NCBI GenBank assembly: GCA_054600435.1
Contig: BAAIJX010000034.1
Coordinates: 62,001-126,000, forward strand
Reading direction: 5' to 3'
From: Neophaeotheca triangularis
Lineage: Eukaryota
DNA length: 64,000 nt
Shown here: one piece after another, positions 1 through 11,749 of the stretch
Layout: each line of letters opens with the position of its first letter
How positions within the stretch are numbered: position 1 is the first letter of the stretch
Position numbers and translations under genes: made by a program
Notes under the pieces: model-generated
The model's input: only the letters and a program-made list of their open reading frames with translations
What the model was told of the DNA's origin: nothing
Databases searched by the model: none

Positions 1-905
1 CGCCGGCTCGTCCGTGGTCTGCTGCTATCCCCAGGCACTCCATTGAATCGTGTTATCGAATTCGGCGAACTACTTTCCTCGGCGCAGCTTGGCTGCGCAC
101 CGGACGTTTCATCCGCTGGCTCTCATGTCTCGGTCTCGACTCGCTGTTCTTGACCATCGACCACGGGCTCTTGAAGGGCCGGTGGTCCATTCGCCCCGAG
201 ATTTTGCGGCAGACGGTCGGACAGACTGGAAAAGCGCAACCGTGACTGGAGGAACCGTGGGGGTTGGCGAACAGCCATGCAAGTGGTTCTGTATACAATG
301 CAATATCACATCAGAACTGGGCCAATAGCAGGACGAACTAGAGTATGTGCAGATGCCAGACGGGCGGTATAGGTCATCACTTCCCAGTCAAAGGCGCACA
401 TTTGCACTACAAAAAGCAAGCTACGTCTAATATGGACACGTGCTATTGTCATCGTCTGACTTCACTTGCCGAATTTTTCCACGACGTTTCCCGAACCTCC
501 CTGCCCGCGTCCTGTTCTCAAGACTGGCCCTTGTCTCGCACGATGAGAAAAAATTCTCTCAATCGCGCAAATGATACCTTAAACCCAGGCGCCTCGAGAC
601 GGCTACGTCGGAAGAGAAGAACTTGCTTATCCCCGGATCTTGGCTCAAGGCGTACGCCACAAACCTGGACAATCTACATCCTCCGTACCCCAACGCCGGG
701 AACTGCTTTTGCAAGCTTCCACACACTCATTTCAAGACGGCTACGAGCGTGGGAAACCTCCTCACAAATGCACTTTGAAGATGGCCAGAGGTAGAGCAGA
801 ACTCACGACGCTCGTCACGTTCTCTTCAATGAGGAAGGACTAGTGAAGTGCCTCAACATTGTCCTGCAATTAGCATATCCTCTCTAGCTTGCCCGTCTTA
901 GACAT

Positions 906-3070
906 CTAATACGTGTACCGGAAAAACGATGCATTGTCCCCCATCAACCTCTCCGCCGCCCTCTCGTCCGCAGTATACTCGCTAGGCGGCTTGTGCTCGC
1001 GATCGCGCCGAGCGTTCTCCCGACGGTAGTAAATCGTCATGATGGCCGAGAGCACCGTGCTCATCCCGATGCAGCCTACGATTATGGAATACCCTTGAAT
1101 ATACCTCGGAGCCGTATCGGGGAGGTAGATAAAGGAGGCGAGGATGCCGCCCAGGTTGCCGAACCCCACATGCATGGCTTGTAGAGGTTAACGAACGTTC
1201 CAGGGGTTGAGGTAGATGTATCAGGACTTACCGATGCCAACTCCGCGTTTTGTCGAGCCGCCGTTGTTGTTCCCTTGCCAAGCGACTCCCTGGGGTACTG
1301 TGAACTCATCAGCAAGAGCACTCTCTGATGTGTGTAAAGAATAGGATACGAACCGTTGGGGAAGATGCCGCTAGCGTACAGAAATGCGCCAGCGTACTTG
1401 ATGTTGTTGTTTGTTGAAGCTAGGAGCATAACGACGCCGGTGAGAGCGAGCAGGTTCGAGCCGATCATGAAAACGCCGCGTTGCTTCATGCGGTCCGCTA
1501 CCCAACAAAAGCTGATGCAGCAGGCGCAGGCTACGACGTAGGGTGGGACGGACATTAATTGCGCTTGCTCGTTGGTGTAGCCTGAGTTCTGTTAGGGGCA
1601 ATCCTTCCATGAGATGCCTAGTGTAGTTGCTTGGATGTTGGCCTACCTAGGCTTGCCACTACCGAGGGTAAGAACATGGATAGGGAGTACAGCGGGGCGT
1701 AGACTCTGTCGTGGCTGTCAGCAGAAACTCTATTCAGGAGTGCACAACGATCAGTGGACTTACCCGATAGTGATGAACATATGGACCTTGAAGGGTGTTA
1801 GCTGAAATGCGGCAGACTTGTGAGTGGTCTTGGAGTCTTACCCAAATTTTCCAGTCTTTGACCGCGTCCCAGAAAAATTGCATGTCGAAATGGTCGGCAA
1901 GCGACGCTCGGTCTTCTTCGAGGCGGCGAACCACCTCATCACGCTCGTCCTGTGTAAGAAACTTTGCTGTGCTCGGGTAGTCGCTAAGGTAGAAGAAAGC
2001 GAAAATTGCTGAAACCGTATTAGCAAACAAGTGAGGGTGAGAGGCGGACGTCGGAAGCGACTCACCAACCAAGAAGGTAATGATGCCCTGTTTATTCCCA
2101 AAGTGTCAGCATGTGCGCTCTACTAAGCCTCTATGAGTGGGCTAAAATCCCGTACCTCAATGATGAAAATCCAAGACCAGCCAGCCAAGCCAGCTATTCC
2201 GTCCATTTCGACCAGTCCACGGGCTAGAAGACCTCCGAAAGCACCAGCAGCAGTAGCAGCGGAGAAGAAGATCGCAGTCCTGAAGCCAACCTCATGTCGC
2301 CGGTACCACATGGTGATGCTGCGTGGCCTGTTAGCCGGATCTCTGAGCCAATTAGGTAGATGGTCGAGCAGGACATACTAGTAAGTGACGCCAGGGAACA
2401 AGCCACCTTCAGCAAGACCGAGAAAGAAACGGGCTGCAAGAATGCCGTCGTAGTTCTGCACGATTCCCATGAGCGTGCAGACCAGACCCCAGGCTAGAAG
2501 AAGAAAAATCGTAAGATCTCAAATTTCTCAACCCTGCTTCAAGACCGCGTGTTTTGCTCACCTAACATTATTGAAGGCAACCAGATTGAGGGTCTGAAAC
2601 GCTTCATAGCGAGATTACTGGGCACCTCAGCGGCCACGTACGGGGGGAAGAATATGGCGACGGCAATCTGCGGTGCGGTTAGTGCCGATGGCAGTTTAGA
2701 AGAGGCAGCAGCGAGGTCTCACGTTATACTGGAGTCCCTCTAGTCCCAAGCTCTCCTCGAGGCCGGCGAGACGGGCTATTCGATGCCGTATTAGTTCTTC
2801 TCTTTAACGGCGAGTCCCTCGAAGAGGAAGGTCCTCACCATTGCCGATATTGGAGCGATCGAGGAAACTGAGCAGGTAGAGCAAGGACAAGAAAGGAAGC
2901 AAGCGAATGTCGAGTTTACGCAGCAATTTTGTTGTCCTCGCGTTGTCGAAGCCACTGTTGCTGCGAGTGAGGACATGCTCTTTGCGTTCGACATCCCCCT
3001 TTTCATTATTGTTGACATAGGTGTCGGGGTCAGAGGACGAGTCGTCGATCGTGTCGTTGTGGAAGGCCAT
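906..3070 (-). CDS. MFS transporter, allantoate/nicotinate permease (Dal5/Tna1-like ACS family), about 11 introns
   Basis: Spliced exons give KLLRKLDIRLLPFLSLLYLLSFLDRSNIGNARLAG, EVPSNLAMKRFRPSIW, RFFLGLAEGGLFPG, WYRRHEVGFRTAIFFSAATAAGAFGGLLA and GWSWIFIIEG, ending GDNASFFRYTY*. Example introns are 2838-2776, 2722-2668 and 2561-2494, each with a GTGAG donor and YAG acceptor. Confidence 0.92.
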
Positions 3071-5222
3071 CGTGCAAACGGAATGGAAGCAGTCAAAAGA
3101 GAATATGTAAGAGCGACGACAATCCGCTCCGGCGAAGGATAATCAACCTCTACATATATAGTCCAGTATCCCGGACATGGGTAAACTTTGAGGGGGAGCA
3201 GCGACGTTCCCCAGACATCCCCAGACTCTTTCCCCCGGATCTCCCCCACGGCGAAACGTCCATTGAGCGACAAACCGCGAGCCTTTGATCCGGTGCTAGA
3301 GCCATTTGGACGATTCCGTGGTGGAAGGGGAGATCTAAAAGATCCAAGGAGATCTAGCCAGGCGCGACGCTGACATTGCCAAGTGTCCAAGGCTCTACCA
3401 CGTCGTCTTGGTGTCGGTGGCGTCGTCTTCGCATCACGCTGAGCGGCATTATAGCGGATCAAAGCAATTATGACACAGGGAGACGCCAGGTCTGAGCATA
3501 CAGAATGTCCCAGACTTTAGTAGAGATGAAAGCTGCGTAGAGGCAGTGTGATGAGCAGCATTACGCCGTTGACTAAGTCAGAAGTAGGGTAAGTCATGTG
3601 CGCGGGTGTATACTGTATACCGTGTGGAGAGAGACTCAAGAGAGATGGCCGGGATGGCCGGGGTGCTCAAGGTTTTGCGAGGCTTTCTACCAAGACTTTC
3701 GCCAAGGGCTCGCAGCAGCTTCGTCGCGGACGACCACCTGTACGCATCATGAAGCTCGGTCAAGTCAAGTACCCAATGGCGACAACCACTCGCTTCTTGA
3801 CATCCGCTCCGCCGTAGACGGGAGGTTTGAGTCTGTCCCCGAGAGTTTGTACCCGGTAGGTTACGGTAGTAGTCTCGCCGGGTAGATTAGCGTGACCACG
3901 TGGCCGAAAGAGGTCTTGACAGAGGACTGACATCTTCTTACTTGTAGCAATTGCGCAACTATCTAAGATCCGGCAGTCGAAGGAAGAGGAGCATTAGACT
4001 CTTTCGTTGTGCTTAAAATATCTGCTAATAACGTAGAGGCAATGATATATATGAGACTATAAAGCTAAGAGAAGCGAGCTAAACAGTGCCTTTTATCGCA
4101 AGTGAGCGAGCATTCGACGTCTATGGAAGCACACCCGTGCATAAGGGAGTCCTACCGGTGTATCACGCTTCGATTAAACGAGCACTACTGCCGTCCCAGA
4201 TCATCATCAATTCTACAAGAGTGTCCTGGATTGCCTAATACGCCGCTTAATAGCTTAGCACTCATAAATTGCCTTGATCCATAGAAGATCGCGGCGCGAT
4301 AGAGTTGATTTTGTCATCCCACGGGCCGGCAACAGTGCTCTCGCCTTCATCAACCTCGAGACCCAAGACCCTCACAATTCTGGCAAGCCGCGCCCGCGCA
4401 TGAACGGTTGGAGTTAGTAGCGGCCTCGCCCACGCATTCCCTATCGTTCTCTGTCTGCCGCGTCTCGTATTCATGCCGTATTCATCTGGAACATGCTCGA
4501 GCGCGAGTCTAGCTGAGTGACCGATGGTCTAGTGGTCCTCAGCGCGCCATTGCTCGCAGCTGACCATTCTCGAATCATCCTGGAGCGAGAACACACTGCA
4601 GACGAGGCTCGCCGGCTTGTTGTTCTAACATTTAACTCTGGCTTGATCACGGCCAATGCGAAGCCGAGGAGAATGATTGCTGCAATGATTGCATGCATAA
4701 CTGTTGTTTTCATGGGCCAGAACGAGAAATTGCGCAATTGAAATAGAGTGATAGCTTACGGTTGGAACGTCGAGTGCACAACTTTGTAACTGGGAGCTCT
4801 TTTAGATTGTCTCGTCGAGTCGTGCCGCTTTTCTATCTTTTTGGCAAGCACACACGTCCTGACCAGGCGAAGGTGGAATTCGACTTCAATACGCCGCTTC
4901 ATAGAAGGTACCGATCTTGACTTGGCCGATCGATCGGACCCGAATTGTCATTTCTCTTCCAGGCCCGTCTCATGGTCAAGCAGCGGATCCAATCGTCTCA
5001 ATGTTCATAGCCATAGGCGGCTTCATGAATTAAGTCGCAGAGTATGACGAGGGGAAAAGCGGATCAGCACCCTCATAGCATTCAATCGGGGGACCTAGTG
5101 GAATACTGACGGTTCTGTTCGACTACCGTCGCTAATCAAGGAAGCAAAGATGCCGCCATCGTGTCGTTGCGACAACCCGCTTGGGTTGGGAACGGGCAGT
5201 CTCTTGGTTACACTAGTCTTAT

Positions 5223-6015
5223 ACTGCTCATGTCTCCGCTCAGTTCGGCGAGCAGCCAGGTGACTGCCCGGCCACACCGAGTGGCATATCCACAGGGGGT
5301 CCCGTTCCTAAATGCCTAGGAACATTCCTCGAGGCCGCAGCGCTCTTGAAGTCCTAGTCGGCGAGTGATCTTGCCCCACCCAACAATTGCCGTTACACCT
5401 CTGACAACCTTTAGCACGAAGAACCGGAGAGCCTGACTTTCCTGCTGGCGGCAAGTTTGGCGTCGTTATTGACGATCTTCTGATCAGCAACTTGACCGGT
5501 ATCTTGCCCGACTCTCGCACACATCCCATACAGTACCCAGCTAGCGGTAAGTCTGCTCTGCCGATTCCTACCTCTCTTCTCAGGTCAATCCATCTGACTT
5601 CCGGCAGCTTCCCTCTTCAGCCCACTCACCGGCGCGCGCGACGTCGGCAGCCGCCTCACAGCCCATATCAGACGGTACCGGATCAAAACTTCGTCCTCGT
5701 CGGCTACTCACAGCGCGCGGTAGTTATCCGCCGCGCCGTCCAGAACCTGCTGGCAGCCGTCTAGGACACGATCGTCGCGTTCATCGGCTACGGCGATCCG
5801 GCTCGTGCCCGTGGCAACGAGGACAATCTGCCTGGCAGTCTGGGAGAGCGCCAGTTGCAGATCGGTAGCTGATACGCCCGACTCAGATCCTGTTTGCGAT
5901 AGCAAGAGCCGCGGTTGCACATATATACTACCATGTGGTCTATTAGCAGCAGCAATATATCGACGAGGGTGAAAACTTAATCGTTCAGCAGTTCAATGCT
6001 TTTAGGTCTTCTTAG
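5223..6015 (+). pseudogene. Degraded cutinase / CE5 esterase pseudogene
   Basis: Reconstruction across introns 5361-5414 and 5547-5607 gives SALEVLV|ARRTGEPDFPAGGKFGVV..HPIQYPAS|..GARDVGSRL..PDQNFVLVGYSQR..FIGYGDP..DPVC..YYHVVY. These match the cutinase motifs ARGT-E, YPA, GYSQG, FGDP, DxxC and the catalytic His in the right order. Several frameshifts, an in-frame TAG at 5762 and GYSQG changed to GYSQR. The start position is uncertain. Confidence 0.85.
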
Positions 6016-6235
6016 GAAAGGGTTTTAAAGTTCCAAAGGATATCGAAGCTAATAAACGCTATGTTCTATATTTCTACCTCTTCTACGTCACGTAGGTATA
6101 AAGTGCGGGGGATCCATTTGGTATCCATCCCCGTGAACATTCACATATCTTTAACCCCCCTCCCCCACCATCGAAACATACAGACTCCTTGATCTATCGC
6201 CCTTGCCACATAACGACACCACGTTCCGACCAAAA

Positions 6236-6910
6236 ATGTCTCCTTCTCAACCCCTCACACTCCACGCCCACTCCACCGGCCCCAATCCCTTCAAAGTCGC
6301 CATCCTCCTCGAAGCCCTCTCACTCCCATACACAGTGAAACTCTGGACCTTCGCCGACGACGCCCACGGAGTCAAAGGCTCCAACTTCCTCTCCATCAAC
6401 CCCAATGGCCGCGTGCCCGCGCTTCAAGACCCAAACACCAACATCACCAGCTGGGAAAGCATGGCTTGCATCAACTACCTACTGAGGGTCTACGACAGCG
6501 AGAACAAATTCGGCGCAAACCCGCAGGCGGGCGAAAAGGCCAAGGTCGAGATCGAGCAGTGGGTTAGCTTCTTGGTCAGCACCCTGGGCCCGATGCTTGG
6601 ACAGTGCAATTGGTTCCGTAACTACCATGCCGTCAAGAACGACGATGCCTACAACAGATACCAATCGCAGGCGTACAGGTGTTTTGGGGTTTTGGAAGGG
6701 CAGTTGAAGTCTCACAATGGCGAGTGGATTGTTGCGGGTGACAGTTTCAGCATTGTGGATATGCATTTTGAGCCCTGGATGAGGCAGCATGAGTTTGCCG
6801 GGCTGTCGCTGGATGAGTATCCCAAGGTCAAGGCGTGGTTGGAGAGGGTTCAGGGTCTGCCCGAAGTGGCGAAGGCGTATGAAAAGGTCAAGTCTGGTGA
6901 GGAGGCGTGA
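6236..6910 (+). CDS. Glutathione S-transferase (Ure2p/GST-nu-like)
   Basis: Motifs TGPNPFKVAILLEAL, INPNGRVPALQD, WESMACINYL and FSIVDMHFEPW. Intronless; ATG at 6236 in an AAAATG context. Confidence 0.93.
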   Translation: MSPSQPLTLHAHSTGPNPFKVAILLEALSLPYTVKLWTFADDAHGVKGSNFLSINPNGRVPALQDPNTNITSWESMACINYLLRVYDSENKFGANPQAGEKAKVEIEQWVSFLVSTLGPMLGQCNWFRNYHAVKNDDAYNRYQSQAYRCFGVLEGQLKSHNGEWIVAGDSFSIVDMHFEPWMRQHEFAGLSLDEYPKVKAWLERVQGLPEVAKAYEKVKSGEEA

Positions 6911-7411
6911 GAAGGGCTTGTTATCTAAATAGGATGCGAGGGATGTCAAATTATGGATACAAGATAGATTAGAAGCCATGACCAGACGTTGACGAAGCGT
7001 TGTCCAAGAGCCATCATTCTGCAAAGTGACGAGGACGCCGCTCATTACTGTTGGCAGCTGATGAAGGACACCAAAGCGGTCTTCAAGCATTGGCGCGAAG
7101 TGTTTGGCAATCGCTAATTGGCGATGGCGCTGACCGTGGGCTGCTTCTGTCTTCCATCAAATTCTCTAGCTGTTATTGGTGAGGCTTCGAGCGTTCTGTC
7201 TCGAAAACCCGATTCACCTTCCGCTATCTATGGCCCTCGTAGCTCGAGAACCAAAAGAACATTAAAGCTCAAAGCAGTTGACGGGGTTTACATGAAATAC
7301 CTGGACTTTGGTAGTACGTTGAGATACTCATAATCTATGCGAAGCGTGGTCCCACTAGGAACCGATTGGCATGATGCACCATCTGGTATGGTTTCCGAAA
7401 CCTCACACCGC

Positions 7412-8944
7412 TCAAGCATCCATCATAGTATCATCCCCACCCACCGCACTTGCACCAACCGCAGCCTCAGCAACAACCCCCCTCCCCCTGCCCTCAAGCA
7501 ACTCTCTCCTCACCTCGGGCCCAATCTCCTTATGGCCCCTCACTAACAACAAATCCAACAGCGCCTCACGCTGGTCCTCCGTAATCTCGTTCTTGTATCT
7601 CTGCGCAAAAGCCAGCAAGCACTGATGCCAGAGCACCGGTAGCTTGCCTTTGACAGCGCTCTTGCTGTTCGGGCCCGTGAGGGGCGTCGGCGCCGTGCCA
7701 CCCATGCTCACGTCAGTCCCTGTGTCTGTAGCACGGAAGCGCAGGAAGTGAAAAACTAGCGCGTCAACCACGCGGTAGGGGAGCGCATATTTCTTCTCCA
7801 GAAGCGTGCGGATTAAAATGTTGCAGCCGCCCGCCGATTCGGGGTCGTGTTGCATTTGCTCGGCGGAGATCTCGCACAAGCGGTAGAGTGCTGTTGCAGA
7901 GTGTAGGACGGGGATGCTGACGCGGGCTAGCACGGAAGCAACAATGGTCGCTTCCCGCAGCGTGCAAGTTCCAGAGCCGACTAGGGGGAAGAGGAAACCG
8001 CGGAAGAAGGCTGCGGGCTTGTAGAGGGATTTCTTGAGCGCTTTGTACAAGTGCACGTTGAGCTTTTTGCTTTCGTGGATGTCTTCACGCACTCGTGGGA
8101 GGAGAATGTCGGTGCAGTAGGCTTGGGCGAGTGCGGGGCGAGAAGAGGTGAAGAGCTTGGTCGCTTCGTAGCAGGCGTTCGGGGTCCAGGATTCGGGGCG
8201 CGTAATTGATAGGAGGATGTCCCATTGGGGGAGGGTAGGGAGGATCTTGAAGGGTTTGGGCAGTTTGCCAGACTTGTAGCGCGAGAGGAGTAGGCCGACT
8301 TGAGTGTAAACTTCTACAACTTTGGCGGGGAGCTCTACTGCGTCGTCTGGGTGGTCAGGCTCTTGCGCTGCCGGTGGAAAGCCAGATGCAGCTGCTTGAT
8401 CCTGGGCTTCTTGGGCGGCGATCTTTTCGAGGATGAGATCTGCGAGGTTTGTGCCTGGACCTTGTGATTCTTCGTCTTCTGCGCCGCTTGGTTGTAGGAG
8501 TGTTGCAGGATCAAATGAAGGATTGAACTTGTTGAAAGTGGCCAGGTCGTCCGGGTCCACTTCTATCTCCTCGACCTCTTCTTCGTCTGAGCCCCATGCC
8601 TCCTCATTGTCAAAATCGCCACCATCCTCAGCTCCGTCCTGGCCCTCGTCCTCTTCTCCTCCAATCGGAAACCTCGATTCGAAATCAAACGCCGGGTTGG
8701 GCGCGGTCGGTTTTTGCGCATTCGCCTCTGCCTCCGCTTCCGCTGCCAAATCCTGGCCTAGATCTAGGATGCGCCTCGAAGATTTGCTGTCTATGTAGCC
8801 TTCGCCATTGGTTTCGCCATCGTGACTCTGCTTTCTCTTCTTGGTCGGCTTCTGCGTGAGGGTCGTGTCCGTGGGCGAGTACTCCTCTCCAAGCGGGTTG
8901 TGTCTACGCTCGGTGCGTACCGATTTCTTCTCTGATTTGGGCAT
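7412..8944 (-). CDS. ENP1: Bystin / 40S pre-rRNA processing factor Enp1
   Basis: Bystin motifs LLSRYKSGKLPKPFKILP, KLNVHLYKALKKSLYKPAAFFRG, KKYALPYRVVDALVFHF and LPVLWHQCLLAFAQRYK. 510 aa, no intron. Confidence 0.96.
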   Translation of the reverse strand: MPKSEKKSVRTERRHNPLGEEYSPTDTTLTQKPTKKRKQSHDGETNGEGYIDSKSSRRILDLGQDLAAEAEAEANAQKPTAPNPAFDFESRFPIGGEEDEGQDGAEDGGDFDNEEAWGSDEEEVEEIEVDPDDLATFNKFNPSFDPATLLQPSGAEDEESQGPGTNLADLILEKIAAQEAQDQAAASGFPPAAQEPDHPDDAVELPAKVVEVYTQVGLLLSRYKSGKLPKPFKILPTLPQWDILLSITRPESWTPNACYEATKLFTSSRPALAQAYCTDILLPRVREDIHESKKLNVHLYKALKKSLYKPAAFFRGFLFPLVGSGTCTLREATIVASVLARVSIPVLHSATALYRLCEISAEQMQHDPESAGGCNILIRTLLEKKYALPYRVVDALVFHFLRFRATDTGTDVSMGGTAPTPLTGPNSKSAVKGKLPVLWHQCLLAFAQRYKNEITEDQREALLDLLLVRGHKEIGPEVRRELLEGRGRGVVAEAAVGASAVGGDDTMMDA

Positions 8945-9277
8945 TTTGTCGGCGACGTCAATAATTTACTGGGGACGTTGTTGGTGCTGTCGCAAGAAAG
9001 TGCTAGGAGGTGGTGGATCTATCGCGATCCATGTCCCGAGGCGATAAGAGAAAAATGTCTCGCTATCGCTATCGCCGAGTGGGTCGAAATCTTGGCGGTA
9101 GTCCAAGTGAGGCTCGGGCCGTCTCCAGAAGCAGCGCTGTGAGTGCCGGGAGCTCTTGCACGCGTCGAGCTCCAACAAAGTCCCGTCCTGGCGTCTGCCT
9201 CAATCAGAAAACCACTATATAATTTATTGTGTCCCTGGACAAGCAGCAGCTTGATCCAAATAGATACCTCTGAGAAT

Positions 9278-11074
9278 ATGGCAGACCCAAAGGCGTCCTC
9301 GCAATCACCGGCTCCAGCAGCGACACTGCCGTCCGAACACACGCCTTACGTTCCATCCCCGCTCAACCCTGATGCTGCTCCCCGCCAACCCTCGAAGACG
9401 CCGGCACCGCCGGTACAACGAGAGCAGCGAGAGAAGAAAGAGACGCTGAAGAAGCGAGAGAGCGCGGTGGGCGCCGGTGGCAGCGGTGGTAGCGGAGGCG
9501 GCGGATCTAGCACGTTGGGCAAACGAAAGGCCAATGCAACAACAGCACATCCGTCACCCCAGCGGTTCAACATCCCCCAACCGCAGCCCGCAGATTTCAG
9601 AGCGCCGAGGGAAGATCAGATGACCCACCATGAGCCTCTACCTTTTGTGACCCCGGATGGCGAGCAGGAACTCTTCAAGCCGTTGGATCTGGCCGAAAAC
9701 AAGCGTGGTTACAGATACACCCGTGCTATTGCCGACCCTGAGTTTCCTCATAAGCAATTCTACCGCTCGACTTCTCCGCCTCCTCACGGCGCGCGTTTTA
9801 GTTTCGAGGACGCAGACAAGTGGATGCACTTCACCACCAACGCTCTCCTCACCACCAACGAAAAGGGATGGCGCATGACGCGTGCAAATGTATGCGCCAG
9901 AGAAGGCACGCTCTACTACGAAGTCAAGATTCACCGCGGCGTCCCGTCTATAGGCCCTAATACAGAAGCAGTTGGACCTCAACCGCACGTTCGCTTTGGC
10001 TGGGCCAGGAGAGAGGCACCGCTGGACGCACCCGTAGGCTACGATGGGTACAGTTACGGCGTCACAGATATCAGATTTGAGACGATGCATCGCTCGCGAC
10101 CAGGACGCTTCTTCCACGCCAAAAAGGCCGCAAAGACCAAATCAGCAAAAGCAGCTATGGCACCACCGCAGCCTGTCAACCTTGCACCCGAAGACTCGAA
10201 TGTGAAAGAAGGCGATATAATCGGCGTCGAGCTCCAACTCCCCTCCCTCGCTCTCCACCAGAAAATTGTCAGCGGCGTCTACAACCCAGCTGTAGAGCGC
10301 AGCGACGGCTTCGACGAGACTAAAGTCCCCCTCGAGCCCGGCGCCGAAAACCAAGACGTCATCCGTGACCGCATTCCCGTAGCTTACAAGGGAAACAACT
10401 ACTTCGAAACCCTCGACCACGTTGCTTCCAAACCCATGGAAAGCTACGCGGACCGCACAGCGAACCTCTCCTCCCTCCCCAACCAAACTTCCCAATTCAC
10501 CAAGGATGCGATCAAAACCGCTCCCAACCCCAACCACGACGTTCCCGCTCTGCGAACTCTCCCCCACTCCGCCATGCGCGTCTACAAGAACGGCAAACTC
10601 ATTGGAACCGCTTTCGAGAACCTTCTCTCTTTCCTCCCCCAAGCCAGCGCCCCCAGCAAGACAATGGGTGCTCGCGAGGGTTTTGACGACGGCATGGTCG
10701 GCTACTACCCCGCCGTCTCCTGCTTCCACGGTGGCATCGCCGAAGTAAATTTCGGCGACTCCGAGACGGGCTTCTGGATGCCCCCGGCTCATTTGCGACC
10801 TACACCCCACGCGCGCTCCAAGGCTAAAGAGTTGGAGGATGGGGACGTGGTGATGGTGGAAGCTGGTGGTAGGGCTGAGGGGGCCAAAGGTTGGGTGCCG
10901 GGCAGGATCGCGAGAGCGGTGGGTGAGCGGTATAAAGAGCAGGTTGCTGAGGATATTGTTTGGGATTTGGTCGATGAAGTGGATTTCTTCGTGCAGGATG
11001 GGGGATTTGGAAGTCAGGCTGGGGCGGGGGCCGATACCGTGGGTGGTGCCAGGAGGGTTAAGATGGAGGAGTAG
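9278..11074 (+). CDS. ASH2: COMPASS/Set1C subunit Ash2/Bre2 (SPRY domain)
   Basis: KGWRMTRANVCAREGTLYYEVKI, HVRFGWARREAPLDAPVGYDGYSYG, YYPAVSCFHGG..VNFG and a C-terminal ERYKEQVAEDIVWDLVDE (Sdc1/DPY30-binding segment). First ATG at 9278. Divergent from ENP1. Confidence 0.9.
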   Translation: MADPKASSQSPAPAATLPSEHTPYVPSPLNPDAAPRQPSKTPAPPVQREQREKKETLKKRESAVGAGGSGGSGGGGSSTLGKRKANATTAHPSPQRFNIPQPQPADFRAPREDQMTHHEPLPFVTPDGEQELFKPLDLAENKRGYRYTRAIADPEFPHKQFYRSTSPPPHGARFSFEDADKWMHFTTNALLTTNEKGWRMTRANVCAREGTLYYEVKIHRGVPSIGPNTEAVGPQPHVRFGWARREAPLDAPVGYDGYSYGVTDIRFETMHRSRPGRFFHAKKAAKTKSAKAAMAPPQPVNLAPEDSNVKEGDIIGVELQLPSLALHQKIVSGVYNPAVERSDGFDETKVPLEPGAENQDVIRDRIPVAYKGNNYFETLDHVASKPMESYADRTANLSSLPNQTSQFTKDAIKTAPNPNHDVPALRTLPHSAMRVYKNGKLIGTAFENLLSFLPQASAPSKTMGAREGFDDGMVGYYPAVSCFHGGIAEVNFGDSETGFWMPPAHLRPTPHARSKAKELEDGDVVMVEAGGRAEGAKGWVPGRIARAVGERYKEQVAEDIVWDLVDEVDFFVQDGGFGSQAGAGADTVGGARRVKMEE

Positions 11075-11749
11075 GACAGCGCCCTGCATTCGCGCGATGT
11101 TGGCTGCATTGTCCGAGTCGCTATCAAAGATCGTGGACTATTTTGACTCCTTGGAACGACTCGAAACATGCTTGTCTGATCATCGAAATCGATCGTCAAC
11201 TCCAGCATCTCTGCGCCCACATTTTCTTAATCACCGCGTAGGGGCTCTTTCCCTATCAAACACTATCCTCGCTGTTTCCATCTCGATTGCTCGCCACGAA
11301 ATACTAGCGTTAGGCCTCGCCCTTGCCCCCGGCCTGATCGATCAGAACATCATCGAGCAGTATCATTCTCTTGATTGCTTGGTCCAACAACGAGCTGGTC
11401 TCTTGCCTTTCTATTCTGTCTGGTGGAGCGGCTAGCATTTTCCCCCAAGCATAAGTGCGGAGCGAGGCGCGGGAATTGCTGCATATGGCAGCGACTTTGA
11501 AATCGCGATTGACACCGTTATCGACGAAGTGAACGGGTGCGACGGCTACGAAGGAGCGAAGCGAGGAACTGCATTGGGGTAAGCGGGCGAGTAAGGCACC
11601 TGATGTCCGCTTACATGTCCGCTTACCGCGACAGCCGATCCGAACGATGAAACATTGAAGACGCAGTAAATATCCTTTCGTCTGAAGAAACGCAAGAGTC
11701 CAACTGTTCTACCTACCTGCAGTGCTTACATATTTTTCGCTCCTTAGCA

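Noticed and set aside
1..850. Short ORFs at the window start (50-328, 345-794, 640-843)
   Set aside because: No recognisable motif or consistent exon structure; cannot be supported.
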